Below are positions 1 to 12,719 of a stretch of DNA of 64,000 nucleotides, one piece after another. How positions within the stretch are numbered: the first letter of the stretch is position 1; each line of letters starts with the position of its first letter. The translations under genes and the position numbers were made by a program. The DNA is from Dicyema japonicum. Taxonomy: Eukaryota > Animalia > Dicyemida. The DNA lies in assembly GCA_011109175.1 (NCBI GenBank), contig RDEW01000019.1, forward strand, positions 370,028 through 434,027, in the 5' to 3' direction. Below the pieces are notes generated by a model. That model made no database searches and was not told where the DNA came from. It worked only from the letters and a program-made list of their open reading frames with translations.

Positions 1-581
1 TGGAAGTAATTTTAAAAATTTGAATAACACTTATTCCTCGAGGAAAGTCTACATTAATTACAAAAAAACTACATTTCTAAGCATGATAAATTTTCCGCAA
101 ATTCGATCGATATGAATTTGAGGGATTTACATATCAAAATCTCTATAAATTTAAAAAATATATATAACATTCCATAATGGTGGGTGGGAATGTTTGGTTG
201 TCTACAGATTTCAAACTTTCATCATAATAACCACATCGACTATGAATAATTAATAATAATTACAAAGCATCTAACTTCATTCCCAATAATGAAAAGTTAA
301 CATAAGGTTCAAATTTAATATTTTGAACTTCTAATCCATTACTTTAAAATCAGGAAGGCCAGTTATTGAATATGTACAATTAATCCAATATCTTAATAAT
401 TTATATTTAATACAGAATTCTACGCAACACTGTTATTCGTTTTTGCATATTCTGTGATGTTAATATATCGAATGACAAGTTTAACACAGAAAAGTGAACA
501 TCTATGATGATTAAATACCAAAATAATGAATATACGATAACCACAAGAAATAAAAATTACTACATGAAATACAGTCGTCAT
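1..581 (-). pseudogene. 5' part of an LRR-receptor-like gene, damaged inverted copy of 30176-30763
   Basis: Reverse complement matches 30176-30763. ATG at 581, hydrophobic leader MTTVFHVVIFISCGY, cap-like YWINCTYSITGLP, exon RCGYYDESLKSVDNQTFPPTI; micro-introns retained; small frameshifting indels relative to the other copy. Confidence 0.6.
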
Positions 582-869
582 AATTAATTATAATTTTATT
601 AAATAAAGTGTTGGATTAAATAAATAAAATTAAAAAATAATTTAATTAAATTCACACAATTTACATGGTTTTCCGATTTGTTTAATAATTTTACCATAAA
701 ATTTAATAAATTTGTCAAAAATGTCTAATAACTATGCCTTAATGTTTAGTAACTTTATCAAAATGTTTAAAAATTGTGTCAAAAAGTTTAATACCTTTTG
801 AATAATGTTTAATTACAGGTCAATTTGCGCAAAAATTAAATTTTAAGTGAATCTGAAGAAAGGCTACAC

Positions 870-1010
870 ACATTGACACTTCAGAAATTCACTCACAATA
901 ACCAATTCTTTTGTTGTCTATCTGGAAGCTGCTTTTCGTAATTGAGAGCTAAAGCTTGTCCTACTTCTATCTAGGAATTATGATATGCGGATGACCTGGA
1001 TTTTAGTTTT
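870..1010 (+). mobile_element. RTE-like LINE reverse transcriptase fragment
   Basis: FVVYLEAAFRN ... YADDLDF, matching the RTE-type RT at 50315-50779 (FAIYLESALRD ... ADDIDF); related copies at 29750-29900(-) and 41217-41340(-). Confidence 0.6.
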
Positions 1011-2712
1011 GAATATGATGATATCTATTCTTTTTCTAACAAGAGTACTGCAGGGTAAATGAAATTATTTTTTTCAGACAAGAGTACTGCAAGTTAATTA
1101 AATTGGTCTAATTTTGGAGAATTAGACGTGAAGTCAACACAAAGCAGTCTGAAGTAGTTAGCAGGAGAATGATAAGAGAATCTTTTGCCTTCTTTAGAAT
1201 CAAATAGATGATATTGTTCCAAGTAACGAATGACCAACATTCGCTCTCTCGAATTGATTTTATGTGAAATATTAAAAAATCGAATAAGGTAATCGTTTGA
1301 TGACAAAATAATTTTTTGTGCGATTTTGGCAAATTTGTGCGATCAGGACTGAAAGCTTTTCAACTTCCGATGTTCTTTTCTACTTGATAGTAAAAAATAG
1401 GTCATATTTTTCATTGACAGTAAAATTAGGTCAACCGTTAAAGTAATTTTAAATATACATTTGATGACAATAGATGCTATTAGTACTCTTACTATTATTC
1501 GCAACCAAATGTGGATGCAATTGTTTATTCTGACCTTGCACCCTTTTCTTATTTCTTGATCAGTGGACGTATAGGAGGACATTCCCTTAATCATTTAAAT
1601 GACCAAATTAATTTGAAATCACATTAAGATATGTTTTTGAAATTTGAAAAAGAAAAAGTTTCTTTAACGCAATATGATGCTAGAAATCAGCTTCAAGACG
1701 ACTAGAAATTATTCAACAAATGTTTGGTTGAATGTTTATCCATGTGGTAAAATTGGCAATTTTCTGACGACGAGGCAGTGAGAATAGCTGTCCGTCTTGA
1801 CCTTAATTTTGTGTTAAATAAAAATGGACTTTTGGATGCTGGATCGATGTTTATCATCCTTTAAGCTGATTTATTGCAGATCCCCGACATGAGTCACTAC
1901 TTGACATTAAAAAATGCACTTTCTCTTCTGGCCACCACTAGTTTTTTTTCTATGGCAACGCCCCGAAGCGGAAACAATAATCCCATTCGCTAATGGTCGA
2001 ACCATGGCTTGGGGCGTACACGTGTTAGAAAATATTCTCCAACAAATTTGGCTGATATTTAGTTTATGACGATGAGGATCATTAATATAGCCTAGGATCT
2101 AGCGGGACTGATTATCTTGTAAGGTAAAATACCTGGCCATTAAAGTCGCTCAATCTTTTATCTCGTAAACTTGATGCTTTCAGTTAATCTATACGTACAG
2201 GGTAAAAACTGAGGAATGTGACCTATTCTATGGACAGCTTTTTTGGTTGAATTTCATCCAAGATTGCTGTCAACTAGTGATCGAAAACATGCAACCAATT
2301 TGTATCCTTCACAGTTGAGAGTTTCGGTCAATCGCGACTGTTGCAGGGAAACATGTTAAAGATAATTTTCAAGCTGCATCGTTTTCAAAAATGAGGACGG
2401 ACTCTACTTTTTTGATTTACACAATGCCTTTAATTTGTTCAGAAATAATAATTTTTTTGAATCTAGTATATGTACCCAACTCAGAACGTCAAAACGTAAA
2501 TTCTATAGTGAATCGACTCTTTGCCTTAGGGTCTGATCCAAGCATAGTATAAAATCTCGATGTCCAATGCACGGGAAACTCCGCAGAGCGTATAGTAATT
2601 TCGGTTATCATAAGCTTCTATAAATATTTTATGTCACAGTCTTTTTAATTAATCAGCTGATTATTATTATTCATTACCCCGAGACCACAGAGAAAGAAAG
2701 ACAAAAGAATTG

Positions 2713-2960
2713 TCAACTAGTTAGGTGATCCCAGTTCCCGGATGCAAACGTGCCATCCAAAGCGTATGCGTCTCCATTGTTCCCACTGCAAACAGAAGAG
2801 TTTTCATTGATTATTGCAGAGGAAGCGATTGGCGACGGAAATTTCTTTGCCAACAGATTTCTTTTGCGTGAAACAGTGAAAACCGAGTAGGTGTTCATCT
2901 TCCTCGCAGGAACATTAGCTAAGGAACATTCTATTGGACATCCTGGTGTTTCCAAGATGT
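2713..2960 (-). mobile_element. 3' end of I/Jockey-like LINE
   Basis: Nucleotide similarity to 46800-46970 (ggaactgggatcacctaact shared); Cys/His knuckle-like CSCEEDEHLLGFHC. Confidence 0.6.
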
Positions 2961-3560
2961 GCAATTAATTTGCGAAAAGTACATTGGCATCAATCAACAA
3001 ATTATTCGCCATTTTGTATCTACTTGTGATTCCTGCAATCATTTCAATAGTCTAAAGACTTGTGAAGATATTCAAATGATTACCGTTTCACATAAATTCG
3101 AAAGATTTATGGCTGATTGTATAGATCTTCGTAAATATTCTTCCTATAATAAAGAATATAAATTGATTCTTATTATAATTGATTGTTACTCAAAATTCGC
3201 TCGGTCATTTCCTTTAATTAGTAAAACTTCTCAAAATATAAAAAAATTTTTTGAAGACATGTTTTTATCAGTTGGGCCACTGAAACATTGCACACGGACA
3301 ATGGAAAAGAGTTTTGTAACTCTGAAGTTTCACTATTATTATGTGATTGGGGGATAACGGCAATTCATGGTAGACCAAGACACCTCAATCACAAGGGCAG
3401 GTGGAACGCTATATTAAACGCTAAAGCGTTGGTTAGCGAAAACTCTATTTCAATCTAAATCTAATAATTGGATTGACATATTGAAAACTACTGTTTATAA
3501 ATATAACATTTCTATTCATCGTGCTACTGGAAAGTCACCTTTTAAGTTAGCTTTATGAAT
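2959..3560 (+). mobile_element. Frameshifted retroviral-type (rve, DDE) integrase, Ginger/GIN or KRBA2/SCAND3-like
   Basis: FVSTCDSC (zinc-binding CC), RFMADCIDLRKY, IIDCYSKF, then across frameshifts LHTDNGKEF, HGRPRH-PQSQGQVER, YNISIHRATGKSPF. Confidence 0.88.
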
Positions 3561-4129
3561 TTTATTTTTAGACTATTATTTGGAACTTCGGGATTTAATA
3601 TTGTTTCTGGGTCTGATAATAAAGTGATCGAATTACCAGCCCAAAGAACTGAACATTTTTCAGATGATGAAATTCAAGAAACTTGTTCTCTTTCTGAAAT
3701 CCAATTACATCATCAAACATCAGAACATTTTGAAAATTATAAAAGAAAAGTAAAAGAAAACGCGAATAAAAATTTTCAAACAAATCATGTTCAAAATAGG
3801 CGATACTGTTTTATCAAATCAGATTTAGATAACAATTTGAAACAAAAAAACATGCCTTGGACAGTTTTTTTGAAAGGGAACATTATGTTGTTATAGAGGA
3901 ACTATTACATTTTATCGTTAAGGGAGTTTCCACAGACGAATCAAAAAAAGTTTCAAAATCAAAAATTAAAAGAATTAATTAGGCTTTAAATACAGTTTAT
4001 TTGTCTGATAGTAAAGAAGATTTTGATTTTTTTAAATCGTTTTTATATTAAAAGTTGTTAAATTTTTGTTATGATCATTCAATAACGGTTCCATTTCTGG
4101 TCCATGTATAAGTTCCACTTATTCTGTTA

Positions 4130-4270
4130 GAGCCATTCTTATTCGTTAGCATACGTTCTTTCTCGTATATTCAAAGATCTGGCAAACCTCACGAATGTGT
4201 AGTCACTAGGCCATCCCAAGTAAGTACAATCAAGACAATCTTGAACTCTGCGTGGTGTATCAACTCCAAC
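4130..4270 (-). mobile_element. 3' fragment of R4/Dong-like RLE retrotransposon
   Basis: FKIVLIVLTWDGLVTTH resembles VLVIPIVMTWEGIATKYH in the element at 35527-35790. Confidence 0.5.
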
Positions 4271-4811
4271 TCCTTTGAAAGAAACTTTTAGTTAGCATAA
4301 AAAACTTTTTAGTTACCAAAAGAAATGATTTCTATTTTAAAATTTTTCTAATTATATTCTTTTTCCATTTTGATGGCTCATTTTTTAGGGTCCAGAGACG
4401 GTGAGTTAAATTTAGAAACCGATACACCATCTTCAACAGGGTCCTGGGCCAATTACTCACTTGGTACTTGTCGGTCTTTGAATGTATAAGCACATGCGAG
4501 AGATTGACGGAAGAAAAGTCACAATTTCTCCTGTTGGAAGTCACTCAGACTTAAATTCCCTTCGAGTTCCTCTGCAACTTGCCAGGAAATACTTGATAGT
4601 ATCGAGAATCTACAACCTGGAGATCTTTGAAGAGTGCAAAGTGATCTTCAACAGTGGTGATGTGCCCTTTTCCCTTCAAAGATATAGTATCCGCGATACA
4701 GAATATGTCATGGGTAACTAGGGGTTTGCTGGAATTTTATTGATAGACGGAATGAAGGATGACTTGTACTCTAAATACTGATTGTACATCAAGTTAAGGT
4801 CTCTGAAGAGT

Positions 4812-5876
4812 TTTAGACTCATAATTCATAATCTGCCGTTTTCAGTCACTGTAAAGACCTCTCAAAGTGTTTAGCACGTGGGATATTGTGGAGCTTGTGA
4901 TTTCGCGGAATGGTATCATGGAGTTCTTACTTTAAGGGACCACATCTGCTGGGTTTAATTTTGTGCAGTTCACGGACCCAATGAGGTGAATGGCCAATGA
5001 AAGACTAAATGGTCGAAAAATAATGGGTACTTGTTAACGTGGCTGTTTCCTGGAGAGTTGCGGCTGTTGATTATTCAGTGCTTCAGGATAAATACAGAAC
5101 ACTAATAATTCGCAGTCCGAAGAGAATTATGTCTGTTCTGTGGACGATTTAGACCCTAAGGTGAGCAAGTCGGACAGGGACGAAATTTGTTTCTGTGATG
5201 TTGTTATTGTTTTATGGGGGACGTGGTGCTTGTGTATGTGTCATAAAAAATGGGTCTTGCCAAGTAATTGCCTTTGTGAAATTTAGGCTGAAAGAAGCAG
5301 CTGAAAAGTGTTTAGACTTGGCAAAGGTCGGTACACATGTAATTTCCCAGTCTGGCCAGTTATCGTTTGAAGATCGTGTTCTTTTCGCGGATTTTGCTGT
5401 TAACAGAGAAAAGTGGAAAATTTTGGCAAGAAATCAATGGAGACTGAGAGACTGAATAAGAGGAATCTGTTCTTAGTGAGAGAAAGATGTTAGTTTTAAG
5501 TTAACTGGCAGTGATCAGAGTGGGTACCAAAATTGCTGAGAGTGTTTTTGATCGGGATGTAAAGAAGTGGAACAAAATAGTCTTTCCCGACCATTTTATT
5601 TGGAGGTTACACGGAGGGTGAAATTAAAAGATGATAAGCACTATGTATCCCTTACGAGACTGACCTTTTTCAATTTTGGAGGTCGTATAACCAGTAAGAA
5701 ATTAAGGTCCGCGATTTTGGAGAACGTCAAGAACTGCATGAAATCCCAGTTGATGGAAGTATTCGTCAATGTAAGTTCAGTGTGGTGTTATCATGAAAAA
5801 GGAGGATGAGAGGTCAATGGGGTATGCTTTTGTGGAATTCCATGAAAATTCTTTTGCGCTATCCGCTCTCCGTTTC
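4812..5876 (+). pseudogene. RBM28: RBM28/Nop4-like multi-RRM nucleolar protein, damaged and 3'-truncated
   Basis: FRLIIHNLPF, GFNFVQF, VDYSVLQDKY (RRM2); IAFVKFRLKEAAEKCL (RRM3); NKRNLFLVRE, KLKDDKHYVSLTRL, SMGYAFVEFHENSFALSALR (RRM4); 24-nt GT-AG introns at 4913-4936 and 5327-5350. RRM1 may lie at about 4400-4530. Confidence 0.8.
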
Positions 5877-5877
5877 T

Positions 5878-6503
5878 TCTGTTGGCTGCAGCCTCAGTCC
5901 AATTGGTGGACAAGCTTAGTGAGTAATACTCCAACGCCTCCTCCCATTCCTCACATCGATATGCCTCTGATTCGGCCACATTTTAACCCTATTTCCCTTT
6001 TCTTTGTAATCCTGTGCTTTCCCTACTATTTGTGATCTTGTAAGTGACTTTGTATTGAACTTTAACTTTGACGATCTCGTCTCCTTCTTCGATAAATCGA
6101 ATTTTTTCTAATTATTCTCACAACTTTTACAGATCTCTGATTGGACCCGAATACTCGGAAGCTCTACTTTCCCTGTCTCGTTTCCTCAGCTAAGATAAAT
6201 TACACTGTAACCTCAAATTTATCATTTATTTCTTGTAACTCCGATTTATCCAGTGAGCATCTGTTTCCTGGGGGTTTGTCCCTTATTAATATTTTGCTAA
6301 GCAATAAACAAGGAAACTGCCTTTTGGGGTTCAAAAGTTTTATTTTTTCCTCGCAGCAGTTTTCAAGAGCTTCGTAATATCCTTGAGCGCGGGACCTTGG
6401 TGAGACTTGAAAGTATTTTATATATTTTTTCCAATTCTTTGAGGTCACCACAGTTTTCTATATACTTAAAGTCAAAATGTTCAATCGGAATATCGTCAAA
6501 CAT
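5878..6503 (-). pseudogene. SPAG1: SPAG1-like (sperm-associated antigen 1 / dynein assembly factor) N-terminus and first TPR, truncated
   Basis: MFDDIPIEHFDFKYIENCGDLKELEKIYKIL...GYYEALENCCEEKIKLLNP/SKILIRDKPP matches the SPAG1 N-terminus as I recall it (IPIEHLDFKYIEKCSDVKHLEKIL...GYYPELTEFCEKHL...RKDKP); TPR KEKGN.AYRCEEWEEALEYYSLSL; 24-nt GC-AG intron 6297-6320. Confidence 0.8.
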
Positions 6504-6639
6504 TACGTTGCTATGGTTTTAATATTCAATTTTGTTAGCAGCCGACAATCTCATCATAAGTTTGCTTTCCCCTTTATAGGGTTTCAAAATTAGAAATTGA
6601 TGCTCTTTCACATGAAGGAAGACTTAGGGTTCAATCAAG

Positions 6640-7310
6640 GGGATTAGGAGTGGGACTGGCTATCCATTAATTTGCTGTCTGCATCCAAGTCTCAGTTCAC
6701 GCTATTTACTATGGACAGAAGATTTGAAAATAGACTTAAGATATTCCTCGGTAACATTCCCATCCTTTATACACGGACCCGAAAGATCCATGGAGTAACT
6801 TTTGAGTCTCTGATGACGTTTGCCAGTAACACGAAAGTGCTAACCCCTTCCCTCCTACTGCTTCTATCAGCAAAGTATATCCCCAAGTTATTGCGCCGAC
6901 GATTGAATATGACTGTTCTGCCTAGAGATTCGGCATTCCTTCTACGAGGGTGGAGTGTGTGAATTCTCTCAGACGGAAGATCATGAGCCACATACAATCA
7001 GACTCCACATCCGTCCCCAGTCTGCTTTCAAAGGAGGCGACGGTGAGAAGTTGCCAGGGTTTCATACGTTTTTGCAAGGAACTGGCAAACCCATTCAAGG
7101 AAAAGGTGCCGAGGAATTTCGGTCGGTTATAAAAAAGTGCACGCCGATTGAATTCCTATGCAGAAGGAAGAGAAAGCGCTTCCGGATTGCAGTTGGGTCA
7201 TCAGAAGACCAGACGAAGAGTTCAGATGTTGTTGGAGGCTGGGATCACCTAATTAGTTGGTTTTGACCTATCTTTCTTGGTGGTCTTGAAGTTAAATAAA
7301 TAAAAAATAA
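6640..7310 (+). mobile_element. I/Jockey-like LINE 3' part (post-RT region), A-rich tail
   Basis: SKSQFTLFT...KIHGVTFESLMTF (KxLGVTFD-type motif); 3' end ggctgggatcacctaattagttg shared with 46945-46970; A-rich tail at 7293-7318. Confidence 0.6.
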
Positions 7311-7389
7311 ATAAAAAAGGAGTGGGAATTACATAATTTAAACAACAAAGTAATCAAAAACTTATAACAAAACCGAAACTCGTAATTAA

Positions 7390-8400
7390 TCAGATTGGAA
7401 TCAATAATACCGCAAAGGTGGTGTATGGACTCAAAGTGACAGTAAACTGATCTCCCCCATAATAATACCCAATTAAAATATTGGTAGTCAACTCAACCAC
7501 TTTATACCTTTGTTGAATTCCCAACCAGTTTTGTCTTATAGTTATACTAATTTCCCCAATTTCAAGACTAACAAAGGCCAAGGCAATCCTGTCTTTACTC
7601 AATTCTCTCATCCACACACACGTGCTCCCATTCTTCTCATAGAAAATACCTGATTTCCCCAACTCATCGTTATCCAGTGCCAGTATATGCTCGTTTTTAG
7701 CAATCCGATCAAATCCGAGTCCAAACGAGACACATCTGTGGAAATCATCAAAGGATCCGCCAAAAAGGCCCAAATAATAAACTGGGTCCTCTGCGCATTG
7801 TAACTGAGTCCATAGGAACCAACAAGAAGCTATAAACAATAAATACCAAGTCCACCATATCTGGGTCATTGAACTGTCCAGGAGCTGATATCTGCAAAAA
7901 ATCTCCCTTATTTTTTACATAAAGAGACATTATGGAAACTAAAGAGTCCCACGTGTCATCAACATCGTAAACATTCCTCCAAGTATTGCAAAATTTAGCC
8001 ACATTTTTGTAGTTTGGCTTGAATTACAGATATTTTTACATTTTCCTCATATAAAGGCCAACAACAAGAAAATAAAATCGGTCTCCCACTTTCGTTCAAA
8101 TATGAGCTAATCAGAGGGAACCCAATAATAAGGCCACGTGACTAACCAGCGTCAAATAAATCTTGGTTTCCATAACATCCATCCCCCATTCAACAAATGT
8201 TTTAACATCCTTCTCTATATGTAGAAGAGATCCCGGATATCCCTGACACGTGAACAACCCCATATCCTCGTAAATTCCGAATTTAAGTCCTTTTTGTGAA
8301 TCTGTGATTGATCACCACAAAGTTTACATAATCTGATAAATATTTTATTCCACTGGGGAATCTCTTCCTGTCGGCCACCAACAGGTCAGAATCCTTATTA
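7390..8400 (-). pseudogene. GH27 alpha-galactosidase / alpha-N-acetylgalactosaminidase, damaged, 5' end not found
   Basis: [120 protein letters not shown]. Introns 8302-8327, 8123-8146 (ends TG, not AG), 8018-8039, 7830-7855; about 19 nt missing near 8184; 1-nt frameshift near 7696. Confidence 0.92.
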
Positions 8401-8869
8401 CAAAAACTGAAAGTAAGAAAATTATAAAACTAAGTGGTTTACTCGTCAAACAGGTCTAGGACGATAAAATAGCTTTTTATTGATATATCCCATCTTCCTG
8501 GACTCCTCCAACAAGTGGGACTGAATAAAGAACTTAAAGGAAGCATTTTTGTAGAATTTCCGTTTCGTTCATAGTTGGACAGTCTATGATAGCATGATCA
8601 TATAGATCTCGTAAATAATGCCACAGACGAGATTAAAAATTTAAGAAACAGAGATAATTATTGCAAAATTACTAAAATTTAAATTATATTGTTTACTTTG
8701 ATAGAAAACCCGTGTTAATCGATGATAGTTAAGTCAACACACCTAACTCAATGAGTACGAAAATAAACTAATTTAAAAAAAGTAAATTTTAAAGTTTTTA
8801 AAATTTAAATTAAAATCATTACATTTCATCTTAGAAATAATCCCTCGACTTTTTAAAACTATAACTATT

Positions 8870-9185
8870 CTTTCCAGGTAGCATAGTCATTAGTGCCGTC
8901 CCCAAGTCGAAATTAGTACCGCTACCTCCCTACTCGAAAGATTTCATTCTGCTTTGTGCCTTATTCATTTCCTACGAGGCATCAGTTCCAACTGTCACAA
9001 AAGACACCAAACTCCTTGCCGGAATCTAGAAAGGATCTTATCTCCTCTACTCGAGTGGAGGGTTTCCCATAGGGGCTCGACGTTATGTTTAGAAGAGATG
9101 CGTCTCACTCAACAAAATATACCTTAATTACACGTTAATTTACTCTGAACCTCTTTCCGGTATATCCGGGGTTATTAAATGGGTA
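8870..9185 (+). mobile_element. Partial copy of short non-autonomous element (family of 35036-35345)
   Basis: Shares ctctactcgagtggagggtttccca with 35195-35222 and the 3' motif ccggtatatccggggttat with 35321-35342 and 46991-47010. Confidence 0.45.
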
Positions 9186-10049
9186 ATCTACCTTTATTTA
9201 TCCAGTGAAGAGTGTTTGTAGTGCTTTTACGCTGAATTTATTTTAAAAATGAAATTCGAGAGTAAATAACTAATATTCCCCTCGTTCCTCCACAAGGTTG
9301 ACTTGTCCGGGTACATCAATTTGGTCAAGCGGAATACGTATCAAACATGTGGATTCAACCCTTTCTTCAGAGATTTTGAGTATCCGATGTCTTCTAGTAC
9401 ATCAAATAGGGAATGGGAGATACATCAATCTTGAGGATATGAAGACATTAAGTGTAATAGTACTATTTCATTCGTTTAATTTCAGACCATCCCCCAAGAT
9501 CTTTCAATTAGATGAGATTCAAACTCGAATCCTTTTGGGACTCGAAGCTTCTTTTGATCAGAATTTCTGATTTATGATATATGCTATGTCTGACATTTCC
9601 ACCATAGTCGGGTAAATAAGGAAGACAACGGTTTTCGCCCAGAATTGCCCAACTAGATAAGTCACTACCTCATGTAGACCAATTAACCGCCTTTGACGCA
9701 CATAACCTTTAATCTTCATTCTTATCACGTTCACGGATTAAACCACATAGTCGGGAGATACCAAATGTAATCCGATACATGGTGTGGAGGATTACATATA
9801 GCATTGCAAATTGTAGGAATCAGGATTATCCTTGTTGAGGACCATTGTTGCTGATAATAGTACATTTTAGTTTTAATGCTCCTCTTATATCTCCCGTGCC
9901 ACGTGTGACTCAATAAATCTAGGAAATTTTTATATAAATCTCCTTTAATTTAAAATCTTTTGTCAGTAGCAATAAGTGTATTAGAAAACTCTTAACGTTA
10001 ATTTCTTAACATTTTACAAGCTAATTATTTGAGACACGCTCACTAATTG

Positions 10050-10680
10050 AAAGAATGAACCAGTCACTCGACCGATACGTGCTTGTGTGGGAACGAGCAT
10101 CGGGCCAAGATGAGGTCCCTGCTAGAGCGTGCTGGGATCACGTGATTAGGCGTTGCGCGTCGTTGCCAGCGACGATACTGCTGTGGCAGAAACGCCTGAA
10201 TTGCTTGAACAGCTCACAAAAACATCCATGTCCTCTGGCATATTACCGCTCATTCGTGCTCCCTGAAAATGTGCCAAGGACGACCGTCACTAAGGCGAAG
10301 TGCCGCCAGCATTTCGTCGTTCGCGGCGAGTAGCAGTGAATGTCCGATGGCTTGCAGCCAAGTCACATCAAGGATCTCACGGCTGGAGCTTCTACAGAAG
10401 CTGGCTGCAACTTTGCCAAATCAATTATAAAACTGGTTATGCGTATTTGAACGAGGATATTCCTCACGCAAGGGAGCTTCTTTTCAGCGCACATTTACTG
10501 GCCTTTAAAAAACCCGAATGTGGAGTCCGCCCCATCGTGGTCGGCAACTACTTCAGAAGACTCGCATGCAGTATTGTACGTGCGAGAAAATCTTAAGAAT
10601 TTTCCCCCTCCAACTATGGGGTCAATGTAAGGAACGGATGCGATTCGGCATGCATGCTACAAGGTTCTTTTTGGACAGAT
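10050..10680 (+). mobile_element. CRE-like non-LTR retrotransposon, RT N-terminal fragment
   Basis: LFSAHLLAFKKPECGVRPIVVGNYFRRLACS, the same RPIAVG..FRRL motif as the 52675 element. Confidence 0.75.
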
Positions 10681-11379
10681 GTCTTATAAACTTCTTCAAA
10701 TTCTTTCAGAAATTCATTAACATCCACATGTTTCCCAGTCGTTTTTCTCTTTAATTTGAGCATCTAAATCCATGTCTTTTTTGAATTCATCCAAAAATCA
10801 ACAAAAATTTTTAAAATTAAGTTCTTTTGTGAAAAATTCTGCCTGATTTAAAATTAAATTTCGTTCAATAAAACACCTTAGTTGTTGACTAAATACTGTA
10901 GCTTTCGATTCTATTGAATCCATCCATTCTACCAATTTTGCATCAAGCTAAAAAGAATTTTAACATTTTAAAAGTTTTTAATTTAGGATTTATGATTTTT
11001 AACTGAGATAAAAAACAACTCTATCCATTAAAATTGCATTGACCGTTCTTAGACATATTTTCTTTCTTGAAGAGAGAAGAAAATATGTAATTTATTGTTT
11101 GACATGAAATAGGCTTATTATCATCTTTATAGCGCAATATTTTGACTTTTAGGAAATCGTAAGTCTTGTGTATTATCAAACATAAAAAGTCCAACCCATG
11201 CTTGCTTGTAATTATTTTTAAATATTAAAAAAATAATTTTAAAAAATTTGAAAATTTCAGAATTGGAAAATTTAAAAAGTGGCAAATTTAAGAGTATTGG
11301 ATAAAAAAATTAAAAAAATAAATAATTTATATCACCTTCTCTGTCAAGATGTTCGGGGATGGTATATTACTTTCTTATA

Positions 11380-12270
11380 AACAACCTACTACCATTAATC
11401 GTTTCCTAAGGACTGCTACCTACTTCATCGACTTGCACAGATTGGCGGGATCATCGATTTGACAGCGGAGTGTATCTAATGGCCCGTTCGAAAATCACTC
11501 ATCGAAGCAGGCCACGCTGCCGGTAAGTCTCAGAGGGTTTGGAATTGCCACCCTGTAGACATTTCTCATATCTCTCTTCGCTAATGGTATGTAACATTCT
11601 TGTCTATACTCCCTCCTGAATTCTCTACTGACCAGGACATCAGTCATTCTCGTGAGACCTATCAGTTTTCCCTATTTTTCATATTCTTTCAGTGTGGTCT
11701 GGACGATGATGCATGCTGGAATTCTTTTGAAGATTTGCTAGTGACATCTACCAAGGTCGCCATGACTGTTTGTTATCGGGGGCGTCTTCAGAGAACGGTG
11801 CTTGGCTCAACGCTATTCCTAATTCAGTTTTGGGTATTTTTATGGATGATAAATGCGTCCGTATTAAAATCTCATTACTACTGGAATTAAAAGTTTGTGA
11901 GACTAGATCGACTGTTTTGACCTAAACCTCTCTAATGCAGGAAAATTTCAGGCAGAGTTCACATACACATGGCCTTGAACGAAATCGTTAGGCGAGCAAT
12001 GGAAGCTGTTGGATACATATGCATGCTCGAACCAATCGGTTTTGCTTGCGTGACGGGAATCGATCAGATAGGTCGAACATCTACCCTTTTGAAGTCTGGA
12101 AACGTGTTTTCTGTGACTTCACCTCCACCGACACGTTTACTCCTTGCAACCTACTCCAGAGTGCCTCTGGAGCCTGTTCTGCCCTACTATGATTTTTTTG
12201 TTTGTTCCACTCGCTATTGAGATTTCTAATTCCCTTGCGCCTGAAACGCTGGAATTCTTGAGTCATCTTG
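11380..12270 (+). mobile_element. CRE-like element, C-terminal (post-RT and RLE) fragment
   Basis: QATLPVSLRGFGIA, GAWLNAIPNSVLG, ALNEIVRRAMEAVGY..LEP, DGNRSD; many frameshifts. Confidence 0.72.
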
Positions 12271-12719
12271 GGCAGTGTTAATATACCTTTTTTGTATCTC
12301 CTCTATGAAAAAAATTTCGCCCGTTAATGACTTATCGCCCCTATAATAACTATAGTAATGCTACAAAGGCTTCACCAGCTCTCTTGCCGTCTCAGCAGTG
12401 GCCAGTTTTGGAAGCATGCTGCCATCAACGGGGTTATAAAGCAGTCTCTTGAGGCGGCTTGATTTTTATTATTTCTGGAACAAGTGGGCCTGGATCGTGA
12501 AAATGGAAAGTGCTGTAGTTTTTTAGAATATGATTTAAATTTTTTAAAAATAAAAATCTTTTTGTGTCGATTTTTAATGATTTACAAGTAACAAATAACG
12601 ACATATCGACTTGCAGGATGTAGCAGTCGTCATCTTAATAAGTAAATTTCATGCTATATTATTTAATTTTTTTACTCAAAAACAATTTATTACGTAACAG
12701 GACAATCAAAATAATTCAC

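Larger units (their letters stand above)
1..2090 (-). repeat. Inverted segmental duplication, copy A (partner about 28720-30763)
   Basis: Continuous reverse-complement similarity seen by eye across LRR gene 5' end, AT-rich array and RTE fragments; the ORF track also shows SSNDYLIRFFNISHKINSRE at both 1094-1306(-) and 29459-29650(+). Confidence 0.92.

Noticed and set aside
9298-9950. ORFs 9298-9570 and 9731-9913 as genes
   Set aside because: No recognisable motifs in any frame; left unannotated.
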